From Lama glama (Eukaryota), in the NCBI GenBank assembly GCA_028534125.1, contig CM052817.1, positions 10,294,001 to 10,358,000 on the forward strand: 64,000 nucleotides of DNA, in the 5' to 3' direction. The translations under genes and the position numbers were made by a program. Positions 24,316 through 37,064 of the stretch are shown piece by piece. The notes beneath the pieces are model-generated. The model saw only the letters and a program-made list of their open reading frames with translations, had not been told where the DNA came from and ran no database searches. Each line of letters starts with the position of its first letter. The stretch's first letter is position 1.

Positions 24316-25992
24316 CTCGTTCCCTCCCATCTTCCCTTCCTGATTCTTACCTTCTTTTCAGAGTGATACTGATTTATTTTCTTGGATAAAGGAATATTTT
24401 CATTTTATTGGAGTCATCTAGTTGGAAGCCCAAGTTCAAATGCAGCAGATTTGGAGCGGGCACCCTGCTGGTGTTGCTTACTTTTGAATCCCAGAGCCCA
24501 ATGGTCTGACACATGACTAGTGATAAATAAATGTTTATTTCCTTTTTTCAAAAGTGTGGGTTAACCCACATTGCCTAATCTTCCAGAAGGCTAAAGTGTA
24601 AAGTATATTTTTACATTAACAAAGTTCAAAAGTTATGTTTCCTTTTTTCTCTATTAATTTACATTTGCTGCTTTCCGGGTCTTACTTCACATGTGGAATT
24701 TCAATAGTTCAAGAAGACAGAAAATGGGGAAAGCATTTTATTATATATCAGTTTTGGCATGCCAGAACCTTTTTTCCCCTTTCCTCTCAAATTACAATTT
24801 TGAGGATCACTGGTCCACTGATATTTCTGTCTCTTTAAATTCTTAATCCAGACCAGCAACTTAGAATGAACGTTTTTTGGGGAGAGACTGTTAGCTGGTG
24901 GACTAGCAGATGGTAAGTCATAAGCAGTTTGGCTGGCAAGGTTCTGACAAACATGTGCTGCAAAATAGAATCATCCCACGAGAAGATTAAAAGTGATAAA
25001 TGAAAATAAAGGATGGAGATTTGAATAGGAAAAAAAAGGCAACTCACTGAAGAATTAAAGACTAAAAATCTAGAATAAAAGGGTTTTGTGTTTCATATTA
25101 TAGAAGTAGTTAGTAGTCTTATTTATAAGTTGACTGATTTCTCATTTGTTGAGTACCTGCTACTTGATAGGTACTCCACCAAGGGCGCCTGTGAATATTA
25201 CGTCAGTTAATTTAATTGAGAGTTGTAGTCTATGAACTTCTTAGGTGTATAAACATGTTGTCTTTCTTATTTCTAAAATAACCAAGCAGTGATTGTAAGG
25301 CATGTCCATGAACCTTTTAAACTGCCTTTTTATGTTTGAGGACTTTCCTACAGTATAGGTTCTCTTCTCCCCAAGATCAAGCCAAAAATTCACCTGCGCA
25401 GCTTTCCTTGCTGGAATGTGACTGAGGCTCTGGATCAGATACAACCGTGTGCGATTTCAGTTCAGAAGCCAGCCAAGTGAAGATGCAGAGGCTGGGCAGG
25501 GTCTGTCCTGGTGAGGCCAGTGTCAGGAGTGTGCTATGTGCAGAGGTGTCAGAGGTAGCAGTTTTAATGGTGCCATCCAGCCCCAGAGACGTCATCATGG
25601 TATCTGAGCCCAGAAGTGGTGGCACTGGTGTCACCAGGAGAGCAGCCCTTTGCTATAATGTGGAAGTTATTACTGGATACGTAGTAGCCTCCAAGTGCTA
25701 TTCTCTGGACCTTTTCCAAATTCCTAGAGCTTTTCTGATTAAACCAGTTAGAATAATACTATAACTGATTCAATATCATGCTCATATTTCTAATTTCAAG
25801 ATGGTGGTCTGAGAATTCTTTGTAATAACTCTCTTTCACATCAAAGACTTATAAATGATTAAAAAATTAAAAAATAGTAAATAAATATCCATTTAAAAAT
25901 AATAAGTAAATAAATAATACTAGCACTCAAAAGCAAGAGAAAATCCTTCATGGACCAGAAGCTGTGGAAAATTTTTTGTAGAAGAGATAAGA

Positions 25993-26455
25993 TGTATCAG
26001 TCAGCTATTGCTGTGTAACAAATCATCACAAAAACATCAATGACATACAGTAATAAACATTTACTTCTCACTCATGAGCCTGAGAGGAATCAGCTGGATA
26101 GTATTTTTTCAAGTGATGGGATGGGAGTTGGCTGGCATATAGCTGATCTAAGCTGGATTCAGTTTTTCTTGGCTCCAGGACACAGGTTTAATTTAGATCT
26201 TTCCTCCCATTTTCTCATTTTTCTGGGACCAGCAGATATTCAGACCATGTGTTTCTCATGGGGAAGGCAAAAATTTCAGCAAGCAAGATTAACCATGCAA
26301 GCAAGTCACTACTGGTATTAGGTTTGATGACATCTCATTGGCCAGGGAGAGTCACATTGCCAAGCCTAACATCAAAGGTTTGAGGGTGTGTACTCATACC
26401 ATGGAGGCTGGGCATAAGGAAGTGAATTTTTGCTGAACAAGATGTAATACCAAAG
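25993..26455 (-). mobile_element. old MaLR LTR (MLT1H/I/J-like)
   Basis: TGTATCAGTCAGCTATTGCTGTGTAACAAATCA...CATCTCATTGGCCAGGGAGAGTCACATTGCCAAGCCTAACATCAA. Confidence 0.7.
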
Positions 26456-26666
26456 GACATCATAGCTGTTAATGAAGGTTGTTACCCAGCCCTGTTCACA
26501 TAAGGGAGAGCTGAGTCCTCAGTAAATATCTGAGCAGGGCCCAGATTATGAAGTAGACCACAAACCTGAAAATTGTAACAGTATTTATATGAGGAAATAG
26601 AGTAAATCATCCAGAATAGATAGAATAAAACTTTTAAAGCACATTCAATATTATTTGAAAGGTAAG

Positions 26667-26867
26667 GGACTTGTGGTTACCAGGGGGGTGGAGGGTGGGA
26701 AGGGATAGACTGAGATTTTAAAATTGTAGAATAGATAAACAAGATTACACTGTATAGCACAGGGAAATATACACAAAATGTTATGATAACTCACAGAGAA
26801 AAAAATGTCACAATGAGTGTGTATATGTCCATGAATGACTGAAAAATTGTGCTGAACACTGGAATTT
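26667..26867 (+). mobile_element. young camelid LINE-1 3' UTR, runs into gap
   Basis: GACTTGTGGTTACCAGGGGGGTGGAGGGTGGGAAGGGATAGACTG...ACTGTATAGCACAGGGAAATATACAC...GAAAAATTGTGCTGAACACTGGAATTT. Confidence 0.9.
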
Positions 26868-26967
26868 NNNNNNNNNNNNNNNNNNNNNNNNNNNNNNNNN
26901 NNNNNNNNNNNNNNNNNNNNNNNNNNNNNNNNNNNNNNNNNNNNNNNNNNNNNNNNNNNNNNNNNNN
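26868..26967. other. assembly gap (100 N)
   Basis: run of N; 100 N conventionally marks a gap of unknown size. Confidence 0.99.
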
Positions 26968-27119
26968 TATAGTTTTTGCACAGAGTCAAGTTAATGTTGG
27001 ATGAATGCATGCCTGAGGTGATCACAGGAGACCCTGATTAGATCATGTAGCCTAAAGTTTCCGGGTGTTTGACATTCATCAGTGTTCCATTGTGACCAAA
27101 TTTACTTAGTTATATATAA

Positions 27120-27795
27120 ATATCTCAGATCTGTTCTACACCCTCACTTCTTAGTGCAAGCCACAGTTGTCTTTGACCAAGACTCCTGCCATCACGTGTT
27201 TCCTGGTCTCCCCTCATCTACTCCTGCCCTGTCCTTATTTATGTTAAGCATACATCACTCTTTTTTTAGAGTCCTTCAGTGGCTTCCTCTTGCACTCAGG
27301 ATTAGGTCCCATTTCAGGGGCATTGTCTACAGGACTTTGTATGGACTCCCAGCCTCCTCTCTCACCACATTCCACATTGCTTATTGCATGTCAATTACAC
27401 TACCCTCTTCTTCCTTCCTCAGATCAATCAAAATTGTTCTAGACTTGGAAACTGCATAAGCTGCTCCTTCTGTTCAGTACACTCACGTCACTGCCATTCA
27501 ATTTGCTTGGTAATTTCTTCCTTTCTCTCGAGGAATCAGTTTAACCTCATCTTAAACATGTTGGCTTAAACAGCATGCCCCAGCCTCCCCAGGCTAGACC
27601 AGCTTCCCTCCTTACATTCTCTTACGGTATCTGTTGCCTCTGCTTTGTGCCACTTAATCACAATCATAATTACATATTATGTGCTATGTTTTGTTTAATG
27701 TCTGTTTCTTTAATGTGACTACAGGATATTTAAAGGTTGAATTGTGACATTTTTGTTCAGGGCTTTCACATGAACTCCCAACCCAGTATTGGGCA
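27120..27795 (+). mobile_element. LINE-2 3' region
   Basis: CCTGGTCTCCC...CCTTCAGTGGCTTCCTCTTGCACTCAGGATTA...TTTAATGTCTGTTTC...TTTTGTTCA. Confidence 0.7.
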
Positions 27796-28399
27796 AGAAA
27801 TATGAAGGGATGCAAGTTTAAATAACAGGTATACAAGGGTTTACCCAACTGAATTGCTAATATATAGCACTGGACTTGTGTGAAATCAACTTTTGTGATT
27901 AATTGAGTAAATCCTACATAACCCTAAAAGGAAGAGATGGAGGAAATTTTCTAGATTTGGCTTACCAAGAATAGGAAAATTAGATTGTCTGTGACTTTAA
28001 GATTGGTTGTTAGTGATCAGTGTGTATCATATTAATGTTGATCTTTTCCAGTGACTTAAATGGACATTTCAGTGGTATCACTTACTCTCCAGGAAATACT
28101 CTTTCTTCACACTAATTATACCTTTATCATCCCTCTCTTCACAGCTTTCAACAAAATTTGGAGTATCACCAGGGATATGGTAGCAGACCTTTTTAGTTGC
28201 CTACTGAACATTCTACCCTCTTTCTTATTAATAGAATTCCAACTTTGTTCAGGTCTTTTAATTGCAGAATCAAAGACCTTATAAAAAGCAGTTCAAGCCC
28301 CAGTCCTAGGGTGTCTTGATTAGTCTTAACCAACTATGATAATTAATTATGGATGCATTTTTGCTAAAGAAAATTGAAAAATCTAGAAAAGTAGAAATC

Positions 28400-30900
28400 A
28401 TGCTGATGTTTCACTGTGCAAATGCAAACACTCTGAATATTTTGTTGAAATTCCTTCCTGTCTTTTTTCTGTGCATCAATGGATTGTTTCCATTCATAGC
28501 ATTCATAATTTTATATACTTTGTACCTTGCCTGTTTACTTATATTATAACCCTTTTTCTAAATAATTACATAGTTTTAATTTATTTTTAGTAGCTGCATG
28601 TTCCACTGAGAAGTAGTTTCTTAACTAACACAAAGGTGTAATGATTTGTATCAGTTCCTTAGGGTTGGTAACAAATTACCACAAACTGGGTGGCTTAAAA
28701 CAATAGACATGTATAGTCTCACAGTTCTGGAGGTTAAAAGTCCAAAATCAAGGTGTCAGTTCTCTCTGAATGCTCTCAGGGAGAATCTGCTCCATGACTC
28801 TCTCCTGGCTTCTGGTTATGCCAGTGATCCTTGGCATTCCTTGTAGGTGCGTTACTCCAATCTCTGCCTGTCTTCATGTGGGCTTCTGGTGTGTCTGTAT
28901 CTCCTCTTCTCATAGGGACATGAATCATATTGGAGTAGGGTCCACTCTAATTCATTGTTAACTCATCTTAACTTGATTGCATCTGCAAAGACCCTACTTT
29001 AAAACAGAGTACCATGCACAGGTGGTAGACGTACTCAAACATACTGTTTTGGGGAGATAGAATTCAGCCCCATTATACCATTCTTCTGAGGTCAAAGAGC
29101 TGTTACTACTTTTCACTATTATATATACCAGAGCATTTAAGATCTTCATTCATAGCGTGTTTTCCACACCCAGAATTATTTACTTAAGCTAGTTGCTCAG
29201 AAGTGGAATTCCTCAGTCAAAGTATGCAAATGAACATTTAAAATGCTACAAATTGCTATGTTCCTTTTCCAAACTATCATTTAAATTGCCACACATAATT
29301 TATGAGGGTGTTTGTTTTACCTCACTCTTGCCATTATATGGTTTTGAAAATAATTATTTTAAGGACGTATATAAAATGACTGATCAGCAAAAAATAGTAT
29401 CTTCTTATGCGCATTGAGGTTTGACATCTTCTTATATTTTATTTGCTATTTACCTTTCCCTTTTGGTGAGTTTTCTTTCTTTCCTTCACTAACTTACCTA
29501 TGGGAGTCTTCATGATTTTCTTACCTGTTTTTCACATTTGTTGAATTATTTTCCTTAGTCATATCATCATATTTTTGGTTTTACCCCACAACATTTTTCA
29601 TTGAAATGTATTTGTCTACAAGAGTGATTTTCAAAATGTAAACGCCAGGTATAATGCAAGCACGAATCCATCAGGTTGAATGCTGCCTGTGTACTGTCCA
29701 GAGTCTGTTCATCTTTCCCACGGAATTATTTCATCACTCCCGAGAACAGAAAACTTTCTCCCTCCAAAACAAGGGAATTAAACTAAATCCCCTTTTAATT
29801 TGTATTTATATGTGTTATATTCTCTAATTACTCAGAAATATCTTTTGGTATGGGGAATGATGTAATAATTTACAGAGACTGTGTTTCAAAGTATTAGCTG
29901 ATTGGCTCAGCTCTGTTTATTAAAGAATCCTAGCCTTTCTGGGAATTGACTTGTGATGAAGTACCTATCATATAGTATAATATGATACACAATAGAATTA
30001 CTTTTCTGGGTTATTGTCCTTAATGCTGTTTTTACACCAGTGTCACATTATTTACATTTTCATAGCTTTATAAAATACAGTGTACATCCCGTTTAAAAAT
30101 TCCCTGACTATCCTGTTTATTTTTATAGGTTAACCTTAGAATCATTTTGTCAAATTTGGGATTTTTATTAAAATTGTAGCAAGTCACTCAGCATCACCAC
30201 ATGGACTGTCTCTCTCCTTATATGCAAGGTTTCTCTTATATCTCTCCTTCAAGTCTTGTAGCTTTCTTTATATAGGTCACACAGTTTCTATCAGAATTAT
30301 TTATGACGTATCATTTTTGTTGCTACAGGAAATAGGATTTAAAAAAATTATTTTATACATTATTTTTGGTAATCTTTATTAGCTTATTATGGATTCAAAC
30401 TCCTAACTTTTATTAAATTTTGATAGTTTCTACCACATTCCTTTGGATTTTCTAGATATATAATTACACGATCTGTAAAGAAAAATTTTTCTTTCTTTTC
30501 AATATTTATCTTTGTTTTAAATTTTTTCCTTTGGTCAGAATTTCTCAAATGTACAATATAATGATAAGAAGCTTGCTTTTTTTGGTTCTTGATTTTGATA
30601 TTTTACATTTAAGTGACTATCAAGTATTACTGTGAAATATATATATATATATTCATGGTAAACAGCTTTTCTTTATATTCCTACATGAATTTTTAAAGTA
30701 GAAATTGCTCACAAATTTTATAAAATGCCTTTACACCATTTATTTAAATGATAAACTTTGTTTCCTTTGACCTAATGCTATTAACATATAGTAATAATAA
30801 TTTATTATTTACAAACCATTATTGAAATCCTATGTTATATCATGTATAGTCCTGGTGGACTTAAAAAACTGAGTTGAATTATGCTTAATATTTCTTTTTA
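28400..30900 (-). mobile_element. highly decayed ancient LINE-1 (L1M/L1ME), interrupted by MLT1
   Basis: T-rich 2.5-kb tract with antisense L1-like motifs (AGAAGTGGAATT...TCAAAG; ACCTTAGAATCATTTTGTCAA; GGATTTTCTAGATATATAATTA). Confidence 0.55.
28647..29078 (-). mobile_element. MaLR solo LTR, MLT1B/C-like
   Basis: TGTATCAGTTCCTTAGGG...AACAAATTACCACAAACTGGGTGGCTTAAAACAA...TCTCACAGTTCTGGAGG...CATCTGCAAAGACCCTA. Confidence 0.9.
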
Positions 30901-31164
30901 TTAATTATTAACAATGGGTCTGTTTATCATTAATTACTAGTAGAACAGCAGCAACTGTTTATTTTTTGTCACATAAACCTTACCTCATATAAAAGAAAGA
31001 ATTTTATGACTCAGTCTGGTAAAAAGAACTTGGGGGCCTCTCCAAGGTGAAGATGTTATTCTCTTATTTATTTATCAGTTTGGGCATTCTTTTATCCATT
31101 TGTTGTAAATCCATAAATATTTTCTGAGCAGTTCCAGGGCTGGGCAGGAGTAGAATTTCCAAGC

Positions 31165-31375
31165 TCAGTCTCTGCTGCCAGGAAGACTCGAATTCACATC
31201 CTGGCTGTAATTTACTAGGATGTGAACTTGGGTAAGTTACGTAGCCCTGAGAAGCCTCAAGTTTCCTCATTTGCAAAACAGGCATAATAAATAGCACCTA
31301 GTTGAGGGTACTTATGAAAACAGTGCTTGTAAAGCTTTTAACAGTGTCTGCACATGCAATCCTCAGTACACATTC
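31165..31375 (+). mobile_element. MIR SINE
   Basis: TTACTAGGATGTGAACTTGGGTAAGTTAC...GCCTCAAGTTTCCTCATTTGCAAAAC. Confidence 0.75.
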
Positions 31376-33024
31376 TTAGGATGCTCTCATTACATCCTGG
31401 AGACAAAGATGAGGGGGTCTGGGCTCCAAGCTGGGTGGCAGAGGTTATGTGCTAACTGCTGATCACCTGGGCCTTCCCACGCCTCCACTTTGCCAATTCG
31501 CGTAATTAGAGTCCTTTTCGCTTCCTGTTCCTCAAATCTGTACATACACTCCCCATCGCCCACCCTTCTTATCCCCTATGTCAAGTTTGCTGGTTAAGAA
31601 CTAGACCATTTTGAAGACTATCAGAGAAATCTAAGCCTGAGGGCCAGGTCACCTGCACCATGATACCTGGTGATGTCTTGGTCCAGGTAGTTGACATGAC
31701 TATACTTCCTTTCTGTTAAATGTAATGGCAGGGCAGTACCCTGAACACTTACTTCCAAGTGAAAGCTCTCACCTGGCTTTTTCAAGCGTGCATCGGTAGA
31801 CTCAGCTTCAGAAAAGACTCAGAATGCTCAGACGGCTGCACTTTCTCCTAAGCTGTCCTGATGTCCCCTTGTACAAGCTGAGTTTCAGGGGCCTTGGCCT
31901 TGACTGCCTTTAAACAAGTGCCCTCTGCATTGAACATGCTCCATCAGTACCGCCAAGGTTGGCCGGCTGTTATTTTCCTGGTGATTGAGATGATTTATCG
32001 CATTTTGCAAAAAATGACTTATTGTTCTGACCTCCCTACCTTTGGAGAAGCTTAGCTAAGTTGTCTCATGTCCTTGCCCTCTGCTCCAACCTTTTATAAT
32101 AAGTCCCATTTCAGAAAGGCCGCCCTCCCCCCTCCCCACCCCGTGGGTGATCTGGATCTCTCAAGGCACTGAATGGTATCAGCCTGGGAAACAAGATGTT
32201 TGTTTCGCGTATTGTGTCAGCTGGGATGTCACCAAGCAATGCTTCTATTTATAATCTCTCAGTGCTCCTATTGGCAAAGGGTGCTGAGAAGAAGCTGGGG
32301 GGATTTCAAAGGCTGGGGGTGTTCCTCACCCCAGGTCTTCCTCCATCTCGCCCCCTCCTTCCCCTTTCTCCATGGGCTGTGCTGGGTGCCCCCAAGATTC
32401 CTAAGGCCAGTTAGCAGGTTAGAAACTGTCAAAGCAGATTGCCCTCACAATCGCAGCATTTACTGTCACCATAACTTCTCATAATATGGAAGCTTTTACT
32501 GGCCCTCTCTGCGGCTTTGTTCAAAGCTTGCCAGCGACAAGGTCATTTATATATTGCAATCAAAATTCTTGAGCTGAATCATTTTTTAATTATGGCTTAG
32601 GTAGTGGGAGTTGTGCAGGTTGAGAAAGGAGACCAGCTGGGACTTAGCATCTCTTTGATCACAAGGCTGAATGATTTGCTTTGATCACAGAGACAACAGT
32701 TCATAAAAGAGCCTGATCTCTTCTTGATATTTGCAGGTAAACAGAAGGATCATTTGAAATGATTATAGAATGAGCAATTGAGACCCCAGACAATGATCTC
32801 CTTTGAACCGGATTTAGGGGCTATTGATTAACATATCACAGGGGACTGGGTGGATGAAAAAAGGTGACTTTCGTCCCCAGGGAAGGTGTATCCAGAGGTC
32901 ACTGGCTCAGTGTTCTGGGGTTAGACTTCCAGATCCTATGTGGACCCTTCTGTGAGGTAAATGGTGTTCAGACAAATAGGAATAGAAATAAAGAATGCTG
33001 AGAAGAACTCCTCAAAAAGAAGTT

Positions 33025-33240
33025 GCTAATGGTAGAAAGCTTGCAGGCTTTGGAGTCAGGAGAGCCTGAGATAAAATTCTTGCCCCTCCATTTATTATAT
33101 GAAGTTCTGGGGGCTAGTTGATTAAATCTTTCTACATCTAAGTATTTTCATCTGTACAAAGGGGACATAAATACTTCAATGGCTCTTTTCAGAGTTTAAT
33201 GATGTGCCTTTTGAGAAAGGAGACCTGCTAGGTGCCAGAC
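33025..33240 (+). mobile_element. MIR SINE
   Basis: GGCTTTGGAGTCAGG...TTTTCATCTGTACAAAGGGGA. Confidence 0.6.
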
Positions 33241-33587
33241 ATTTGGGGAAAAAAGAAAATGCTTAGGTGTCCTAAGAAGGATTGGAAAATCCTCCGGCTG
33301 CCCCCTACACTACCCGGAAGGAGCTCTGTGATGTTTTCACAGCATGAAACTGTCACCTTAATAGAATACTTGACTGTCCCGAAGAAATTGTTTTAAAGTG
33401 ATATTTTGAATTGTATTCCAATAGGACTTGTTTGAACATTTATATGCAAGAATCCCATTGGTTTCAATTAAAGTGCTTGAGCCTTTGGTAGGTCCTAGGG
33501 GGGTACTGCCACACAACGGAACCATCTAACTATTGATGGTCAGTTTTAGAAATATTGGCTGAGCAGGGATGATGCAGTGTTTGAAGT

Positions 33588-33822
33588 AGGGAGGAAAGGG
33601 GGTGGGAAGGGGTAAATTGAGAGTTTAAGATTTGCAGATACTAACTGTACAAAATAGATGAACAACAAGTTTCTACTGTAGAGCACGGGGAACCATATTC
33701 AATATCTTATAGTAACCTTTAATGAAAAGGAATACATGTATGTATATGTATGACTGAAACATGATGCTGTACACCAGAAACTGACACAACACTGTACACT
33801 GACTACACTTCAATTAAAAAAA
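33588..33822 (+). mobile_element. camelid-type LINE-1 3' end, 5'-truncated
   Basis: GGGTGGGAAGGGGTAAATTG...CTGTAGAGCACGGGGAACCATATTCAATATCTT...CTGTACACCAGAAACTGACACAAC...ACTTCAATTAAAAAAA. Confidence 0.88.
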
Positions 33823-33918
33823 CAAGTAAGTAACTTCTGTTGGTCATGACTCTGGGGTGTGTGACTTGGTTAGTCCCCCTGGCATGACCTCCTATCCCTG
33901 ACTGCAACATACGAGTAA

Positions 33919-33968
33919 GTCACAGAGATCTGATGGTCATTGTGTCACAGAGGTCTGATGGTGATTGC
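33919..33968. repeat. 25-bp imperfect tandem duplication
   Basis: GTCACAGAGATCTGATGGTCATTGT / GTCACAGAGGTCTGATGGTGATTGC. Confidence 0.85.
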
Positions 33969-34370
33969 AGAAAATATATTGGTCCTGAATAAATAAGCCA
34001 GTCACCCTGGACAACAAGGCAAAGGCTCAGTGTTCCCCCTGCCTTGAGACGTCTCAGACACTTGGCTCCTGGGGAGGAAACACCATCTGAAGAGTGGTCC
34101 CTCAGACTGCCTTCCCCTCCCTCTCCTTGCAGCCCCAGCGGCTCTGTTTCCAGCTACCTGTGTTTCTGTGCCATGGCCAATGCTCTCTCATGGCGGGGTC
34201 ACGGGAGCATGGGACAGGTGGTCAAGTGTGGAGGGGAGGCCTAAGGATTCCTGCTGCACCAGACCCAGAGGAGGCCGGGGGAGTGAGGTGTGGGACTGCT
34301 GAGTCTTTAAGGGTGCCAGGTCCGCCACACTGCTTCATGCCCTTCCAGCGGGCCATTCTGGAACTCCTGC

Positions 34371-34755
34371 TGCAGTAGCTGGGCTGCCATCATAAAGTAC
34401 CACAGACGGGGGAGGGGCTCACACAGAGAAGTGCATTTGTTCACATTTCTGGAGGCTGGAAGCCTGAGATCCAGGGGGCTAGGGCTGGCTTCTGAGTCTC
34501 TTTCCTCGACTTGCAGACGGCCGCCTTCTCGCCGTGCGCTCGCGGAGTCTTTCCTCTGCGTGTCCGCGTAGCTGCGTTCAAATTTCCTCTTCTTACAAGG
34601 ACACCAGTCATACAGGATTGGGCTCACCTTAATGACTTCATTTTATCTTGGTCACCTCTTTAAAGGATCGGTCTCCAAATACAGCCACATTCTGAGGTGC
34701 TGACGGTGAGGACTTCAATATGTGAGTGTGGGGGGCCAGGTTCGGCCCCTCGTGC
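34371..34755 (-). mobile_element. MaLR solo LTR, MLT1B-like
   Basis: GGGCTGCCATCATAAAGTACCACAGAC...TTCTGGAGGCTGGAAG...CCTCTTCTTACAAGGACACCAGTCATA...TCTCCAAATACAGCCACATTCTGAGGT. Confidence 0.85.
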
Positions 34756-35059
34756 CTACTCTGTGTCAGGGGCTGTGTCAGCACCCAGGGGCTAATGTAG
34801 CCCTGACCCACTTACTGCCGCGGGGGCCTCAGCTTCAGCCAGCTGGTGAGAGAAGCTGCTGGAAGGCAGAGCAGAGTAATCTGACTTCTCCCCTCGGCTC
34901 CTTCTGGCCACGAGGAAAATAGCTTTTGTCAAAACTACATCCTTGGCTTCTAAGACAAAGAACACCTTTAAATGCTGATGTTCCTACGGGTATATATTAT
35001 CAATCCACTGCTTTTTTTCTCTGAATATCTTTCCTTGGGGCTTCAAGCACTGTACTACC

Positions 35060-35223
35060 CAGCTGCTGAGAATGTGTCTGGAGACCAGCAGCACTGGCCC
35101 CACCTGGGAGCTTGTTAGAAATGCTGAATCTCAGGTCTCACCCGAGAGCCACTGAGTTGTTATCAAGATTTCTAGCGAGATCCCCAGATGACCTGTGTGC
35201 CCACGGAAGTACAGGAAGCGTGT
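35060..35223. mobile_element. MER5-family MITE
   Basis: GACCAGCAGCACTGGCCCCACCTGGGAGCTTGTTAGAAATGCTGAATCTCAGG...AGATCCCCAGATGA. Confidence 0.75.
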
Positions 35224-35819
35224 TCTACGGCTGTCAGCCCCGCTGCCGGCTGGCCACCCGTTCCCTTCTTAGCTCCAGAGCCCAGCCTTACACCAGCTTC
35301 CCATTCGTGTGGGCAGCTGCCTGGGGATCGTTTCCAAGATGTCCATGGGCTTGGCCAACTCAGTGCACCCTAAGTAACCCCTCATCCTCTCTCCCACTGC
35401 TGCCCACGTCCTGTCCTGGATGGAGCCACGGTCCATTCATTGAACGCCCTGCAGACATTCGAATGCCTCTTGGTCTTATCCTTCTGTGTCTAATCAATCA
35501 AGTACTGCTGATTTTTTTTTCTTTTAGAATATTCCTTATCTCTGTCTCTCCTCTCCTTTTTTTTTTTTTTTTTTACTGCACTTGCCCTCTTCTGGGCTTT
35601 CATCCCTCACACTCTGGATTAGTAAGAGGGACTTCCAGGAGATTTATCAGCATGTAGTTTTTTCTCCTTGTACGTCTGTTGCTTCTGCCTGTAACCCCTC
35701 TCACCCCCCGGTTGCCTGGCAACGCTCACTTCTTCCTTAAGACTCAGCTCAGGAATCCTCTCCGGAACGCTTTCCTGACCTAGATACCCATCTCAGGGAT
35801 CCTTTTTCCTGTTTCCTTA

Positions 35820-35945
35820 GTAACTCTGTGCCTCAGTATCCTCACTTGTGAAATGGATTGAACAGAAATGTTGTAAAGAATAAGTGAGTTAAGTTCGTGG
35901 AGCAGTATCTGACACAGAAGTGTTTCCTAAGTGTTAACTGTTATT
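35820..35945 (+). mobile_element. MIR fragment (L2-like remnants just upstream)
   Basis: CTCTGTGCCTCAGTATCCTCACTTGTGAAATGG...TAAGTGAGTTAA. Confidence 0.7.
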
Positions 35946-36730
35946 TTTGCAACCATTTCAACTTCCCGATGGGTGGTCTTGAAGTTCTCTTTCTCTTTAT
36001 CTAGACTAGGGTTTCTGAAAACATAGCCAGATGGTTCTCGGGGTCAGAGCCATCGATGGTGGGTGAATCTGAGGTGGTCACCATGTGGGGACCCCAGCCC
36101 TGGACACGGCCCTCTGGGAGTAGGGATTGTGTCTGAGGCATCTGTGCATCCCAGACTCACCTCTGCTTGTGACCCTTAATAGCAGGTGCTCCGCAAACAT
36201 TGGCCAGGCCAGGTGAGAGCTGGGAGTTTCGGGTGGAAGAGGAGGGAGACATCATTCTGCGCATAGTATTTGAAAAACACAATAGAAGCTGCAAATGACC
36301 TTTTGGGTGTTTCCTGCGTGAGGAAGCTGAGGAGAGTGCTGTCAGCCTGGCCGATTTATGGTTTTGAATTTATGCCCAGAAGCTGTTTGCAGAGAGATTA
36401 TTTTTAGAAGTGTGAAAATAAATATAATTTAATTAAAGAGAAGTGTCAAGCATTTCTTCCCCCATGTCTTTAGACTGTTCTCTGACCGATACAGCTTAGG
36501 TAATGACAACTCTTTGAAGAATGGTGCCGTATTTCTAATTAAACAATCAAGTCTCACCAATCATTACTTCAGCAAAGCTAAGGGTCAAAAGCCTAGAACG
36601 TAAAAGAAAAGAGATCTTAAATGGACAGAAATGGCAATAAAATGGAAATATGTTCCCATGACTCTTTTCTGTGCCTTTTTAACTCTTCATGGTCTAAGTG
36701 TATGTCTAGCCTCGCATTAAACAACTTTTT

Positions 36731-37000
36731 AAAACTGAAGTATTATTGATTCCCAATGTTGTGTTAGTTTCTGCTGTACAGCTTAGTGATTCAGTTATAT
36801 ATATATACATATTCTTTTTCATTATAGGTTATTATAAGATACTGAATGTAGTTCCCTGTGCTCTACAGTCAGGCCTTGTTCTTTACCTATTTTGTGTACA
36901 GTAGTGTGTCTCTGTTGGTCCTAAACTCCTAATTTATCCCCCACCCCCACCCCCTTTGGTGATCATAAATTTGTTTTCTATGTCAGTGGATCTCTTTCTG
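36731..37000 (-). mobile_element. LINE-1 3' end with clear TSD
   Basis: CTGAAGTA...AATGTTGTGTTAGTTTCTGCTGTACAG...GTAGTTCCCTGTGCTCTACAG...TTTGGTGATCATAAATTTGTTTTCTATGTC; TSD TTAAACAACTTTTT (36717-36730) / TTAAACAGCTTTTT (37001-37014). Confidence 0.92.
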
Positions 37001-37064
37001 TTAAACAGCTTTTTGCCACTTGACATAAAGATCAGCCTGTGACGCAGAAAAAAAGACACACATG

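Noticed and set aside
28400..30950. AT-rich block as horizontally acquired or organellar DNA
   Set aside because: T-skew and scattered motifs fit a decayed antisense L1; no mitochondrial or microbial genes are recognisable.
35112..35657. 181-aa ORF with a hydrophobic C-terminus
   Set aside because: Starts inside a MER5 element; the hydrophobic stretch comes from poly-T and L2-like sequence.
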